64,000 bases of DNA, taken from positions 544,001 to 608,000 of the forward strand of contig JAXHMY010000001.1 of the NCBI GenBank assembly GCA_034520965.1, read 5' to 3'. The notes beneath the pieces were generated by a model. The model saw only the letters and a program-made list of their open reading frames with translations, searched no databases and had not been told where the DNA came from. This DNA is from Spirochaetia bacterium. GTDB taxonomy: Bacteria; Spirochaetota; Spirochaetia; DSM-16054; Sediminispirochaetaceae. Positions within the stretch are counted from its first letter, which is position 1; each line of letters starts with the position of its first letter. This document shows positions 1 to 11,549 of the stretch, piece after piece. A program made the position numbers and the translations under genes.

Positions 1-512
1 TCGACTCGATTCCATTCCAAAGCCAGTCCGCATATCGTTGTGTGAAGTCTGCCGACCCATTTAACCGGATATGCATATGGAATCCCGGGCAGGGACACAG
101 TGTGGCCTTGCTGGCTGCTGCTCAGCTTCACCAGCCCCTCACTGTTGACCTGCTTGGACGGGATATGCTGGCATTGCAGGCAAGTCGCCACAACCTCCGA
201 GCGCAGCCTCATGTGAGCCTTGGGCAGCTGCTCCATAGCCCTAACCCGATAATCGCTGCCGAAAAACTGAAAAACGAACCAAACTCCCAAGCACCGGACT
301 TGATGATTGTTGAACTGGAACATCTTGCCGGAGTACCAAGGGCTCAGGAAGTGCTGTCCGCCGCTCGCGTGCTGTTGGAACCGGGAGGGATACTGCTCAT
401 TACCGGAAAGAGCGCGCATGTCCAGCAGTTTGACCACTCACCTGAAGGATTTTGCTCTGTAACCGTAAAAAAACACAAGGGGTATAAGAGTGTAGCCCTG
501 AGGCGTGATTAA
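1..512 (+). CDS. C-terminal part of a class I SAM-methyltransferase-like protein (RsmC-like); begins upstream of the window
   Basis: ORF 42..512 has degenerate Rossmann MTase motifs (IWNPGQGH; RDMLALQASRHNL; ARVLLEPGGILLI). Confidence 0.5.
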   Translation, partial: DSIPFQSQSAYRCVKSADPFNRICIWNPGQGHSVALLAAAQLHQPLTVDLLGRDMLALQASRHNLRAQPHVSLGQLLHSPNPIIAAEKLKNEPNSQAPDLMIVELEHLAGVPRAQEVLSAARVLLEPGGILLITGKSAHVQQFDHSPEGFCSVTVKKHKGYKSVALRRD

Positions 513-547
513 TTTGGAGAATTTAAGCTGCCGCCCTGCAAATAGAT

Positions 548-576
548 TTTACAATTATTGACCAATAAGGTATATT
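548..576 (+). promoter_or_regulatory. sigma70-like promoter TTTACA-17-TATATT with an internal palindrome TTATTG-AC-CAATAA
   Basis: Read directly upstream of the Rrf2 gene. Confidence 0.5.
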
Positions 577-605
577 AATCAGTATATCAAGAATAGGATA
601 AGGTT

Positions 606-1055
606 ATGCGAATAACAACAAAAGGCCGCTATGCACTTCGCGCAGTACTTCAGCTCTCCCAACAGGCTGAAAATAGCCCCGTGTCAATCCGTACACTCTC
701 GGAACTCGAGGACATTTCTGCAGAATTTTTGGAGCAGATCTTCTTTCGTCTTCGAAAGGCAGGGCTGATTAAGTCTACCCGAGGCCCGGGAGGGGGCTTT
801 CAGCTGGTAAAGACCCTGAGCGAGATAACTGTTGCCGATATTTTCCAGGCTGTAGGCGAAGAACTGCATTTCTCCCCTTGCACGCTTGACGACGGAAACG
901 CCTGCGGGCGAGAAGATATCTGCTCTGCCCATGGTTTCTGGGATCATACTTACACCCTTTTTAGAAAGTACTTCGAACAAATTTCCCTGCAGGACATTGT
1001 GGAAGGTCGCTACCCGCAACACGTGTGTGCTGAAGAAAACAGGGTCAACACCTAA
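606..1055 (+). CDS. Rrf2 family transcriptional regulator (IscR-like)
   Basis: MRITTKGRYALRA, LEQIF..LRKAGLIKSTRGPGGGF; C-x7-C-x5-C-x2-H cluster ligands. Confidence 0.9.
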   Translation: MRITTKGRYALRAVLQLSQQAENSPVSIRTLSELEDISAEFLEQIFFRLRKAGLIKSTRGPGGGFQLVKTLSEITVADIFQAVGEELHFSPCTLDDGNACGREDICSAHGFWDHTYTLFRKYFEQISLQDIVEGRYPQHVCAEENRVNT

Positions 1056-1180
1056 AATACAGCCTCAGAATTATGGTGGGCTGTGAAAATATTTGGTTCA
1101 ACAAGGCATCAATATCCATACCACTACCTGTCTTTCTCTCATTATTGATCATAGATGCAGCAAGGTGCTACAATATAAGT

Positions 1181-1940
1181 ATGCAAGATGAGAATAACGA
1201 ATTTTTGGAACAAGTACAATTAGCAGTTGAAACAATTCGCGCTTCACGACATTGTACCGCTTTCACCGGAGCAGGAATAAGTGTCGAGAGCGGAATCCCC
1301 CCCTTTCGTGGTGATAACGGGCTGTGGTCTAAGTACGATCCGATGGTCCTAGACTTAAGTTACTTCCACCGCAATCCTGAGGAGAGCTGGAAAGTGATTA
1401 AAGAGATCTTTTACTCTTTTTTTGGTAAAGCCGAACCAAATGCAGCCCATACGCTATTAGCCAAAATGGAACAGCAGAAAATGCTGAACGCCGTTATTAC
1501 TCAGAATATTGATACTCTGCACCACCAGGCAGGCAGCCGTAATGTCATTGAATATCACGGAAGTTCAAGAAAACTGGTCTGCACTTCCTGTGGAGGAGAA
1601 ACAGAACCAAGCGATGAGGTATTAAAGGGGTCTCCCCCGCGCTGTGAATGCGGAGGAGTCTGGAAGCCTGACTTTATATTCTTTGGCGAGTCGATTCCCT
1701 CTGAAGCACTCATAAAATCACAGTATGAGGCTGAACATTGCGATTGTATGATCCTGATTGGCACCACCGGAGAGGTCTATCCCGCCGCCTAGGGTGCCTC
1801 AAAAAGCGTCGGATAACAGGGCTACGATTATCGAGATTAACCCGTCTCCATCGCTGTATACCGATCGAATAACGGATGTCTTTATTCAGGCGGAGGCGGT
1901 AAAAGCCGGGAAAGCACTGCAAAAAAAACTTTTTGCTTGA
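1181..1940 (+). CDS. cobB: NAD-dependent protein deacylase (sirtuin), frameshift near 1790
   Basis: TGAGISVESGIPPFRG, ITQNID, HG, two Zn-binding Cys pairs; C-terminal IIEINP lies in another frame. Confidence 0.9.
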
Positions 1941-1970
1941 CCCAATTGAAGAAAGGATTACACTTATAGT

Positions 1971-3029
1971 GTGAGAAAATACATAAGTGTTGAAGTTGAA
2001 CATACTCGTTATGCCCGTTTTCTTTCGCTCGACCAAGCTGGAGAAAACACTATCTCTTTGACTACTCTGGCAGATTTTCAGAAGCGCGCAGAAGTAAAGG
2101 TGTTCCTAATAAATGAAAATCAGCGCACACTGCTGCACGAGTTTACAATTGATCATCTGCCGCAACGCCGTGCGGGTGAACCCCGGATGGTTTTAAAAGC
2201 TATCTACGACGGCAAAAACAAGCTGACACTGAATATGAGTGTCGACGGACGATTCTACAGCAGCACTACCATTTCTATAAAAAAACACCTTCGCCCCAAA
2301 GCAAAGTGGCCCTGGCTGCTGTTGCTCGCCTTTATCCTTCTGGCAGGGGCCGCCTGGTTCCTGCTGCGGACATGCAGTACTCCCGAAGAAAGTCGTATTC
2401 CCCGGACAGAGCAGACGGAGCCCTCAAAGCACACAGAAAGTCGGTCTTCTGAACCGGCGGAGGCCTCAGAAACAGAGGAACAGTACACAGAGCCTTCTGC
2501 CGAGGCTTCTGCACAAACTGACTCGTCCTCCCCTTCGGGCAGCACCTCAGTAGAAAGTTCAGAGCAAGCTGCGAGCTCAACTAAGTCCGCAGGCGAAACA
2601 GTTAAAACCAATGGGCCTGAAGATCAGACTGAAGAAGAAGCGACGGCACAGCAGGTAGTGCCGCCGGAACTCTCACAGATAGTTTATTTCACGCCCAATT
2701 CATCGCAGCTTACAGAAACGGCCCAACAGAGATTGTCCGAATTTATGCAGGAATTGCGCAAGTATGAAGGAATTCAACTTGTCATTGAGGGGCACTGTGC
2801 CCTCTATGGAACGGAGCAGGGACGAGAGGAGCTCTCCCGCGAACGTGCGCGTAAAGCAGCTCAGTATATTCAAAATCTAGGCTGGTCCCCGGAACAGCCG
2901 CCGGTTATCCGCGGGCTTGCCGCCCAGGATCCCGTAAGCCGGGATAGTGAAAAACAACATCTGAACCGCAGGGTCGAAATTACCGTGCTTCCTCAGGATA
3001 GTAGTACCTCTTCCCGTCGGGACCAATAA
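1971..3029 (+). CDS. Bitopic membrane protein: N-terminal DnaK-SBD-like domain, TM helix, S/E/T-rich linker, C-terminal OmpA-like peptidoglycan-binding domain
   Basis: VYFTPNSSQL..IEGHC..LSRERA..NRRVEI (OmpA_C); TM WLLLLAFILLAGAAWFLL. Confidence 0.8.
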   Translation: MRKYISVEVEHTRYARFLSLDQAGENTISLTTLADFQKRAEVKVFLINENQRTLLHEFTIDHLPQRRAGEPRMVLKAIYDGKNKLTLNMSVDGRFYSSTTISIKKHLRPKAKWPWLLLLAFILLAGAAWFLLRTCSTPEESRIPRTEQTEPSKHTESRSSEPAEASETEEQYTEPSAEASAQTDSSSPSGSTSVESSEQAASSTKSAGETVKTNGPEDQTEEEATAQQVVPPELSQIVYFTPNSSQLTETAQQRLSEFMQELRKYEGIQLVIEGHCALYGTEQGREELSRERARKAAQYIQNLGWSPEQPPVIRGLAAQDPVSRDSEKQHLNRRVEITVLPQDSSTSSRRDQ

Positions 3030-4053
3030 AAACATACCAGCCCTCCTGCAGTTTCTCAAGATAATTTTCAGTCAGGGGAATTTTGCCTCCCCCCTCCGGA
3101 AGGTCCAGCGCATATACCGGCATCGCTAAACCCGAAATTTGCCCGCGCAGCTTTCGCATTAGGTCAAAACCCTCCGCAAGGGATACCCGGAAGTGGGAGG
3201 TGCCCGCGGCAAGGTCGCCCTGGAACAGATAATAAGGTTTTACCCTCATTTCCAGCAATCCTTGAAAAAGCTCCGCAAGTGTTTCCGCCCGATCATTCAC
3301 CCCTTTTAACAGCACCGCCTGGTTGAGCACAGGAACCCCCGCATCGACAAGCGCAGAGACAGCCTGTCGGCTGGCAGGGGTAATCTCGCGTGAATGATTG
3401 AATTGGCTTATCACAAACAGTGGGGAGTGCTGCGAGAGAATCTTTACCAGCTGCGGGGTTATGCGCTGGGGCATAACAACCGGTATCCGGCTTGCAAGCC
3501 GCAGCACCAAAGTACGGCCAACCTCGTACCGGAGAATATGCAACAGCTCGGAAATCCGGGTGTCTCCCAGCACTAAAGGGTCGCCTCCGCTAAGTATTAC
3601 CTCTTGCACCTCTGTATGGAGTTGCAGGTATTCTACGATTTTTTTGAGCTGACCAGGGCTTATAACACCGCCGCGTCGGGAGGCAAAATACCGACGAAAG
3701 CAGTGTCGGCAGTAGAGAGCACACTCATCTGTTACCAGCAGCAATACCCGATTGGGGTAACGGTGGACCATCCTGGGAACTGGAGAATAAGGCTCTTCCC
3801 ATAGCGGGTCTTGAACCTCATACTTTTTTATTTGAAACTCATCATTACGAGGTATACACTGGGCTCGCAGTGGGTCGTCAGGCGAGTCACCTATAAGGGA
3901 AAAGTAATAAGGGGTAACAGCAAAACCAAACTGAAAATCCTGCTGTCCCTCAGCAGTAAAAAAGGCCTCTTCCTTTTTATGCAAAGAAAACGAGACAGGT
4001 AAATCCTGTCTCGCCCTCATTGTATGTGCTCGTTCTTCTTTCCAGTCGGACAT
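2980..4053 (-). CDS. KamA family radical SAM protein (lysine 2,3-aminomutase/EpmB-like)
   Basis: HRYPNRVLL, CALYCRHCFRR, LSGGDPL, NQAVLLKGVND, PEGGGKIP. Confidence 0.9.
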   Translation of the reverse strand: MSDWKEERAHTMRARQDLPVSFSLHKKEEAFFTAEGQQDFQFGFAVTPYYFSLIGDSPDDPLRAQCIPRNDEFQIKKYEVQDPLWEEPYSPVPRMVHRYPNRVLLLVTDECALYCRHCFRRYFASRRGGVISPGQLKKIVEYLQLHTEVQEVILSGGDPLVLGDTRISELLHILRYEVGRTLVLRLASRIPVVMPQRITPQLVKILSQHSPLFVISQFNHSREITPASRQAVSALVDAGVPVLNQAVLLKGVNDRAETLAELFQGLLEMRVKPYYLFQGDLAAGTSHFRVSLAEGFDLMRKLRGQISGLAMPVYALDLPEGGGKIPLTENYLEKLQEGWYVFIGPDGKRYYYPEEAR

Positions 4054-4069
4054 TCAGATTACTGTTCAG

Positions 4070-4804
4070 CTACTGAACTACAGTTTTATTACGATAGACC
4101 TGCGAAATATAACTGCTGCTGAACTGCTCCTTCTCTTTCACCCAGGTAAGGAACTTCTGAGCCTCTTCCTTTTCCTGGTATGGGCCAATCCTCACACGAT
4201 AATAGAGCGTTCCATCCACGTCTTTTGACATAATACGACCGGTTAAACCCTGCCGGTCAAGCTCAGCTTTTATTCTGTCGGCCCTGGTGCGGCTTGTATA
4301 GGAACCGGTCTGAATCCAGTACTCAGTACTACGCACAGTTCGCGTCTCAGGCTCGGACCGGGTTGAGCTCGGCCGGGGAGAAGGCTGAGGCGAAGGCTGC
4401 GATTGTACCTCAGTTTCCTTAGCAGCAGGTGCTTGAGCTGAAGGTGTTTCAGTCCCAGTTGCCCCGTCCTCAGACAGCTCTGGAGATTTCTCAGCTTCCT
4501 CCGATTCGATAGTCGGAAGGTTATTTTCCGCTTCTCCGTTCTCGCCATAGACCACTACAAAGTTTTCATCTTCCCTTGCCGATCCGGGGCGTTCTTCTAA
4601 ACCAGGCGATTTTTTATCGGAGCGGACCCACTCTATAGGGTCGAAATCAGCACCAGCACCCTGGGCTTCAGCCTCGCCTGCAGCAGCAACCGGCTGCTCT
4701 TCCGGCTGCGGATAGAGCCATATAATACCCGCACCAACCACTACTAAAAGAAAGAGTGTTGCGGAAAATATTATCCAGAGAAGTTTTCTTTGTTCCATCT
4801 TCAA
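4070..4804 (-). CDS. SPOR domain cell-division protein (FtsN-like)
   Basis: N-terminal TM, low-complexity linker, YWIQTGSY...YYRVRIGPY. Confidence 0.85.
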   Translation of the reverse strand: MKMEQRKLLWIIFSATLFLLVVVGAGIIWLYPQPEEQPVAAAGEAEAQGAGADFDPIEWVRSDKKSPGLEERPGSAREDENFVVVYGENGEAENNLPTIESEEAEKSPELSEDGATGTETPSAQAPAAKETEVQSQPSPQPSPRPSSTRSEPETRTVRSTEYWIQTGSYTSRTRADRIKAELDRQGLTGRIMSKDVDGTLYYRVRIGPYQEKEEAQKFLTWVKEKEQFSSSYISQVYRNKTVVQ

Positions 4805-5412
4805 CCCTGCCGTTTATTTATAGTTAAGAGCTCCTCAACTGTCTGTTTTACTTTCTGATGCAAAACCTCACGGCTTTTGGAGTTCCATACATTATACATA
4901 TCGACATTCTTTGTCTTTTTTTTAGGAAAGAGTCTTCGCTGCGACCAGAATCTCTGCAGAATTTGCAGGTAAGACCAGCCCTCCCGTTGTATAGCCCGTT
5001 TTATTCGCAGATACAGGGGGGCCCTGATCACTAATACATAATCGCAGATGCGATGCAGGTCCATAGGAAACAGAAGCGCAGCATTTATACACACGTTCTG
5101 TCCCCGTTCTCTGTGATAACGAGTAGTCTGTTCCACGATTTCACGCATGCGCGGATGCAGAATCGCCTCTAGGCTCTTCAATTTGCGGGAATCGGAAAAT
5201 ACAATCTCACCGAGGGCTTTCCGGTTTACCCGTCCATCCGGCTCAAAAATTGTGCTCCCAAATGCAGCTTCCAGGGCAGCCCGCTCTTCCTGCAAGGCCC
5301 TATGCCCGGTTTGATCGACATGAATCACCTTCCACGAATGTTTCTCCAAGTACTCAGCGGCAACATCCTTCCCCACACAGCACTTTCCGGTTAATCCTAA
5401 GACTAAGGCCAT
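4801..5412 (-). CDS. coaE: Dephospho-CoA kinase
   Basis: LGLTGKCCVGK P-loop, NRKALGEIVF, LEAILHP; follows polA. Confidence 0.9.
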   Translation of the reverse strand: MALVLGLTGKCCVGKDVAAEYLEKHSWKVIHVDQTGHRALQEERAALEAAFGSTIFEPDGRVNRKALGEIVFSDSRKLKSLEAILHPRMREIVEQTTRYHRERGQNVCINAALLFPMDLHRICDYVLVIRAPLYLRIKRAIQREGWSYLQILQRFWSQRRLFPKKKTKNVDMYNVWNSKSREVLHQKVKQTVEELLTINKRQG

Positions 5413-5418
5413 AGGCGT

Positions 5419-8134
5419 TTAGTGAAGCTCTCCCCAACTGTCACCGATTTCAACACTCACGTGCAAGGGTATGGATAGTTCTATCGCGTTTTCCATTTCT
5501 GTGCGGATGAGTTCGGCATACTCCTCAGCCCTTTCGGCGGGTGCTTCAAAGATAAGCTCATCGTGAATCTGCAGAAGCATACGCAGCGAGAGTTGTTCAG
5601 CTTCCAGTTTTTGATCAATTTTAATCATCGCCAGCTTTACAATATCCGCAGCCGTCCCCTGAATAGGAGTATTTACTGCAATCCGTTCAGCACCGTTTTT
5701 TTCAGTGCGGTTTCGACTGTTGATCCCCGGAATGTAACGGCGGCGACCGAGCATTGTTTCCGAGTAGCCCAACTTTTCAGTCGTCTCAACGGTTTTATGG
5801 ATATACTCCTGAATTTTTGCATAGCGGTTGAAATATGCGGTAATAAACTCATCCGCCCTGGCCCGGGGTATCTTGAGTTCATTGGACAGGCGAAAACCCG
5901 ACATACCGTACATCACCCCAAAATTGATAGTTTTGGCAATCCGCCGCTGCTCCGGGCTCACATCCTGCGGGTCAACGCCGAAAATGAGGGCTCCGGTGCG
6001 GCTGTGCACATCACTGCCGCTGCGGAAAGCTTCCTGCAGTTCCGGGTCACCGGACAGATGGGCCAGTACCACCAGCTCGATCTGGCTGTAGTCGGCGCTG
6101 ATTAGCTTCCAGCCCTGCTGCGGAACAAATGCCTTTCGGATACGCCTTCCGGCCTCCTCGCGAATCGGTATGTTCTGCAAATTTGGATCGCGGCTTGAGA
6201 GCCGTCCGGTAGCGGTACCGGTCTGGATAAAGCGGGAATGAATTCTCCCGGTGCTTTCGTTTATCAATTCGGGAAGGGTATCAACATAGGTTGACTTCAG
6301 TTTTGAAATTCCCCGATGCCGGAGCACAAGCTGGGGCACGATATCCTCTTCAGAGAGCTGCTGCAGTACATTCAAATCGGTTGAATACCCGGTTTTGGTC
6401 TTTTTGACCGGCTTCAATTTTCGCTCTACAAACAAAACCTCCTGGAGCTGCTTGGTCGAGCTGATGTTGAACTCATACCCAACTTCCGAGTAGATTTTGT
6501 GTTGAATCTCATCCAGTTCTCTACTCATCTCTTTAGAATACTGCTGCAGGGGTTCAGCGGCTACACGGATGCCGCACAGCTCCATCCGCAGAGCACAGCG
6601 CTTACGAGGGGCATCTCTACTTCGTTGAAAAGAGAGCTAAATCCCATCTCCTTCAACCGCGGTGCAAATACCTCGTAAAAGCGGAGGGTCACATCGGCGT
6701 CTTCAGCGGCATATTCGGCCGCAGTCATCAACTCCACATCCGAGAAGAGATTCCCCTTCTGTACTACGTCGCTGTAATGGATTGTCTTATATCCAAGATA
6801 CTTCTCAGCGAGACTGTCCATACCATACCCCATACTGGCGGTATCGAGCAGCCAGGCCGCGACCATCGTATCAAAACTGAGGTTTTTCACTTCTACTCCC
6901 CAGCGGGAGAGCACCTTATAATCGTACTTAAAATTATGGCCTATCAGTTCTAATTGGCTGTCTTGCAGTAGACCAGTCAAAACAGACTTTACTTCTTCTT
7001 CCGGCAGCACCTTTCGGCCTCCGGCGGTGAGCGGAATAGGCGGCCTTGCTGTTTTATAGGCAATGCTAAACCCCACCGGGTCTGCGGATCATTTCATTCA
7101 GGCTGGTGGTCTACATCAAAGGCAAAGCGGCCGGCTTTTCGCACCTTCCGGACCAATTCTTTCAGCTCGTCTATCGTACTGATCAGCGCGTAAGGTCTCT
7201 CGCTTGCGCAGCCCGGGGACTGCTGATTCCCCGGCTCCAGCACCTGCTGTTCCTGTTTTTGACTGAGCGCTGCGCCCTGGGCCTGCTCGGCAAGGGATTT
7301 AGCACCGTACTTTAACAGCAGAGGCACCGCCGCCTTCCGATTTATACTCTCCAGAGAAAAATCTTCCAAATTGGTGGGACATTCATCTGCAGTGTGGAGT
7401 ACGACCAACTCACGACTAAGATATGCAGAGTCACGTCCCTCCTCAAGTTTTTTCTGCTCTCCCTTGCTGCACTCTTCCAAATGTTCATAAATGCCGTCCA
7501 GAGTATTATACTTCTGCAGCAGTTTCACCGCCGTTTTAGGACCGATCCCCTTCACTCCAGGGATGTTATCGGCGGAATCACCCATCAAGGATAGGTAGTC
7601 GATTACCTGCTCAGCCTTTATTCCATACTCATTCACTACTTCCTGGGGGCCGATGTTTCGATATTTCCCATTCTCCGGTCGGAGCATACTTACCCGGTTG
7701 TCTACCAGCTGCAGCAGGTCCTTATCGCCTGAGATTATATAACAGTTACGTTCAGCTTCACTGCAGACCCGGGCTAGGGTAGCAATAATATCATCGGCCT
7801 CAACCCCGTCCTGCCGTAAGACCTTTACCTGCATCGACTCCAACACTTCTTCTATAAAAGGTATTTGTGCGTGCAGGTCGTCCGGAGCCTTTTCACGATT
7901 CGCTTTGTAAGGTTCGTACATTTCATGACGAAATGTTGGTACCCGAGAATCCATTACGACTGCAAAATACTGAGGATTGTAATTGTCGAACAATAATAAG
8001 AGGGTACGAAAAAAACCGAAGAGGGCAGATACATTCCGCCCCTCAGGGTCCGTCAGCGGCCTATTGATAAATGCAAAATAGGAACGGTAGATTATACTGT
8101 AACCATCTACTAAGTAGAGAGCGTTTTTTTTCAT
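5419..8134 (-). CDS. polA: DNA polymerase I, split into three ORFs by indels near 7090 and 6590
   Basis: 5'-3' exonuclease (LVDGYS, EADD, GDSADNIPGV), 3'-5' exonuclease, polymerase motifs ADYSQIEL, AKTINFG, QIHDEL. Confidence 0.95.
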
Positions 8135-8619
8135 CCTTGAATATCTATGAAGCGAGATTTTGGAGCTGCATCTCCCCGCCCTGTGCGGGTCTGAAATCGA
8201 CGAATATTCGCCAAATTATGGGTGAGAACCCCGAGTTCCGCCGTCAAATTTTCCTGATTTGTGTGGTTCTTTTCCAGTGCAGTTTCGCATTTTTTGTTAA
8301 AGCTCTGAGTCAGCCTCTGCTGAAGTTGCTGTTCTTCCCGCACCTCTTCACGCACTTCACGCACCTCTTCCCGCAACTGCGGGGTATTCTCGACATCAGA
8401 AGAGTCATTGTGTAATGCAGAAATTACTTTCTGCAGCCCCTCCAGGCGATCCACAAGTTCCTGTTCCATCCGGGCATGGATAGTGAGTTTATCGGCATCA
8501 CTGCACGAAATATCTTCGCTCTGCAAATCTAAAACCTTTAGATAGGTATCCATTACACTTTCCCGCAGATGCATATAGGTGAGTAATTTCTTGCGTTCCT
8601 GATTAGATTGCGGAATCAT
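8131..8619 (-). CDS. FlgN-like flagellar chaperone
   Basis: Helical protein overlapping the fliS stop; C-terminal FIDIQG. Confidence 0.55.
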   Translation of the reverse strand: MIPQSNQERKKLLTYMHLRESVMDTYLKVLDLQSEDISCSDADKLTIHARMEQELVDRLEGLQKVISALHNDSSDVENTPQLREEVREVREEVREEQQLQQRLTQSFNKKCETALEKNHTNQENLTAELGVLTHNLANIRRFQTRTGRGDAAPKSRFIDIQG

Positions 8620-9038
8620 CCTGCTACGTTAATACCGCCGGAGTTCTGACCGCCGTTCTGAGCTTTGTTGATTACTTGGTCCCAGGCTGTACGTAGCTCA
8701 TTTAGCTGGCCGCGGACGGTGCTCAGCATATCGACATCTTTTTTCATGTTTGCCTGCATCATATGCTGGTTGAAAAACATGTATAGGCTATACAGGCCCT
8801 GCGCAATATCACCGCCCTTTTCAAAGTCAAGGGAGACCATTAGCTCTGTAACCATGTCCTGAGCCCGCAAAATGGCACTGTTGACTTTATCATACTCACG
8901 GGTGTTGTCTTTCAACAGGTGAATCGCAGTATCTAACTGTCGCAAAGACTCATCGTATAACATGATTATGATTTTACCCTGGCTGGCAGTTTTAATGTGG
9001 GTTTCTCTGTATGCATTCAGTTTGTTCTGCATGCTCAC
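8616..9038 (-). CDS. fliS: Flagellar export chaperone FliS
   Basis: AYRET..TASQGKIIIMLYD, ELMVSLDFEKGGDIA..LYSLY. Confidence 0.95.
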   Translation of the reverse strand: MSMQNKLNAYRETHIKTASQGKIIIMLYDESLRQLDTAIHLLKDNTREYDKVNSAILRAQDMVTELMVSLDFEKGGDIAQGLYSLYMFFNQHMMQANMKKDVDMLSTVRGQLNELRTAWDQVINKAQNGGQNSGGINVAG

Positions 9039-9173
9039 AATAACCTCCCCTCCCTATAAATACGTAACTGTCTATTATCATCGGCCTTCAACATGTTTCT
9101 CTTTACCATTTTCCCTCTGCTCTTGCATAATATTATCATAGTTCTGTATCACACATCACCCCTTATAGACTCC

Positions 9174-11503
9174 TCATCGAGCATGTTCTATAAGAGTAGA
9201 CACCGGAACTACCGTATAACCCTTCGAGACAAGACCATCAATCAACAAATCGAGATATTGGAACAGGTAGTCATCTCGGCCGCCCTTTACCGTACCAATT
9301 CTAATTGGAATAATCGATCCGGGTTTCTTTTTCAGCAGGATCCGCTCTACCAGTTCAGGTGAAGCACGATACATTCCATTCTGCTGGTCCTTGGACACCC
9401 AATCCAAGGGGTCTACATCATAACTTATATAAGTATAGTTCATCTCGCTGGAAGCTTCAATAATCTGATTATTCACAAAATAATAAGGAGTGTGCCACAA
9501 TAGGGCCAGTTCATCGCCCCGCCCACCTTCATCGGCAGTGAGGTTGAAGTATTCATCCTCGTTACGGGCCAAGCCCTGTTTGATAAACTCCTTAGAAATC
9601 CGGTAGCGGGCATCGGTCATATCAAAATATGAGTAAAACAGTGAACCAATCTCATGTCCGGACTGTGATAGTTCAATTACCGCTTCGGGATTGCGACGCA
9701 TGAACTCTCCATTTACAAAAAAGGTACTCTCAAGACCGTAATCGTTGAGGGTATTCAATATTTCAGTCAGCCCCTCGATTGAATCGACAGCATTAAACAC
9801 AAGCGCAACCTCCCGGCGGCGGATCCTTGAACCGTGGCTGAAATTCTTAAAGTTAATTGGCTCCTTCTTCTCTGGAAAGGGTTCGTAGGAGTGGCCGGAA
9901 TGGGCTCCAAGTTGGGTGGTTTTATACTCCTGAATGTGCCGTACCATAATCATATTGGCATAACTACGTCCCTCAGGATTCTCATTCAGGTACACCCGGT
10001 AATCCTCATTGGCTATCGATGCCTCTTTAATATCTAGATTATTTGTTTCAGCCCGCTCCCACTTATTTTCTCGATCAAAGCCATAATATTCACCGGCTAT
10101 ACGTGTATAGATCCTCCCGTCGTTTCCATACCCATAACTGCCCGGCTGACTTAAGGTAACCAGCTTATCATCAGCCTCATTGAGTCGATAGCGTTTAATA
10201 TATTTTCGGCCCGATACGATCAGCTCATCTTCCGCTGTCCAGTTAGCGTACATTGGTTCTGCGTCGGCCTGAGGCTGTTTGTTGGTTCTGCCGGCGATCG
10301 TGCTTGCTTTACCCTCCGCCCTATCCGGGTAGATCAGCGCCGCATGGCCTCCACCGGGGGCCAGCACCATATCCTGAATCTGTTCTGCATCTATTTTTTC
10401 GAAGGAAAGAGAGTCAGTCTCCCTGTCCTTCAGAGCATCTAAATCAAGTCTAAAAAGGGAGGAATTACTCTGCCCGCCTTGAATATTTCCGGTAAGCACC
10501 GTTATTATATCATCTTCTGACCACAAGAGGCGCTTCACCCGGGTATTACGCGGCAGGTAAAGATAGGGGAGGGATACTGTAGACCCGGTACTCAAATAAT
10601 CGTCCCGCTTAAGGTAATAAAGTATAAGGTTACGGCCTCCTTTATTAAACAAAAGCTTGGCCCCATCCGGTGACACATAGAAGCTGTCGAAATTAAAATC
10701 GAAATCAAATGGTATCTTACCGACCACCTGGCCTGCATCTAAAAGATCGCTGTAAAAGGAGCGCGTAAAAAATTCCGCACTAAAAATCCGGTACAATACC
10801 GACTCATCAATATAGTAGAGCTGATTCTGCTTTGTCCACTGCACATTTGACAAAGTACCATCACCAATCAATCGCAGCTCTTCATCCATTATTTCATTAC
10901 GCTGCAGCTGATTCATAGAAAAGTAATATAACTTAGCGGCCTTCTCGTACACGAAATAACGGGAATCCGGTGCCCAGAGGGCATTCGGCTCCTCGTAAGA
11001 GACGGTAATTCTATCGGAAATAGTGTGGCTGGTACCGTTATCCACCTCCAACAAGACCAGCTTGCCATAAGCATGGCTTTCAGGACGAATAAAAAGCACA
11101 TAACGGCCGTCCGGTGAACTGCCCACTTGACGTATCTTACCTGAGTAGATTTCCTCGCCATCTGCGAAGGAGGGAAACTTTTTTACCAACTTAGGTGCAG
11201 AAATTCCTTTGTCCCCTCCTAACCTACTGCGGAAAATTCCGAAACGGTTCTGTATCTGCAGCTGTTTTGACTTTTCCAGATAGCTCACCCTTTCAGGGAA
11301 GAAAGAAAGCTGCTGCAGCTCTCCGCTATCCAGATTATGAGAAAACACCGTCCGGTAGGAACCGTAAGCTGGGCTATCTGCTTTTATAGAAAAAAGCAAC
11401 TGGCTTCTCAAGGCGAGAAGCGTAACCCTTGAAAGTCTACCTCAGCGTGTATCAGCAGGTGGAGGTACACGGTAACACCAGGAGAATCAGATAAACGTTT
11501 CAT
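9174..11503 (-). CDS. Secreted beta-propeller plus polysaccharide deacetylase-like protein; 5' end frameshifted
   Basis: SPDG/APDS propeller repeats; C-terminal NodB-like TFFVNGE, GHEIGS, DPLDW, GYTVVPVS; probable ATG at 11503. Confidence 0.75.
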
Positions 11504-11549
11504 CCTGGTATATATTTCGGCATTAATGCAGTGTAAGTTCAACAAAAAT

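Noticed and set aside
5419..8134. Programmed frameshifting or a naturally split polA/lysS
   Set aside because: Breaks are scattered over many unrelated genes without consistent slippery sites; sequencing error is more parsimonious
8335..8376. Short repeat in flgN encoding REEVREVREEVREE
   Set aside because: Low-complexity in-frame slippage in a coiled coil; no evidence of function
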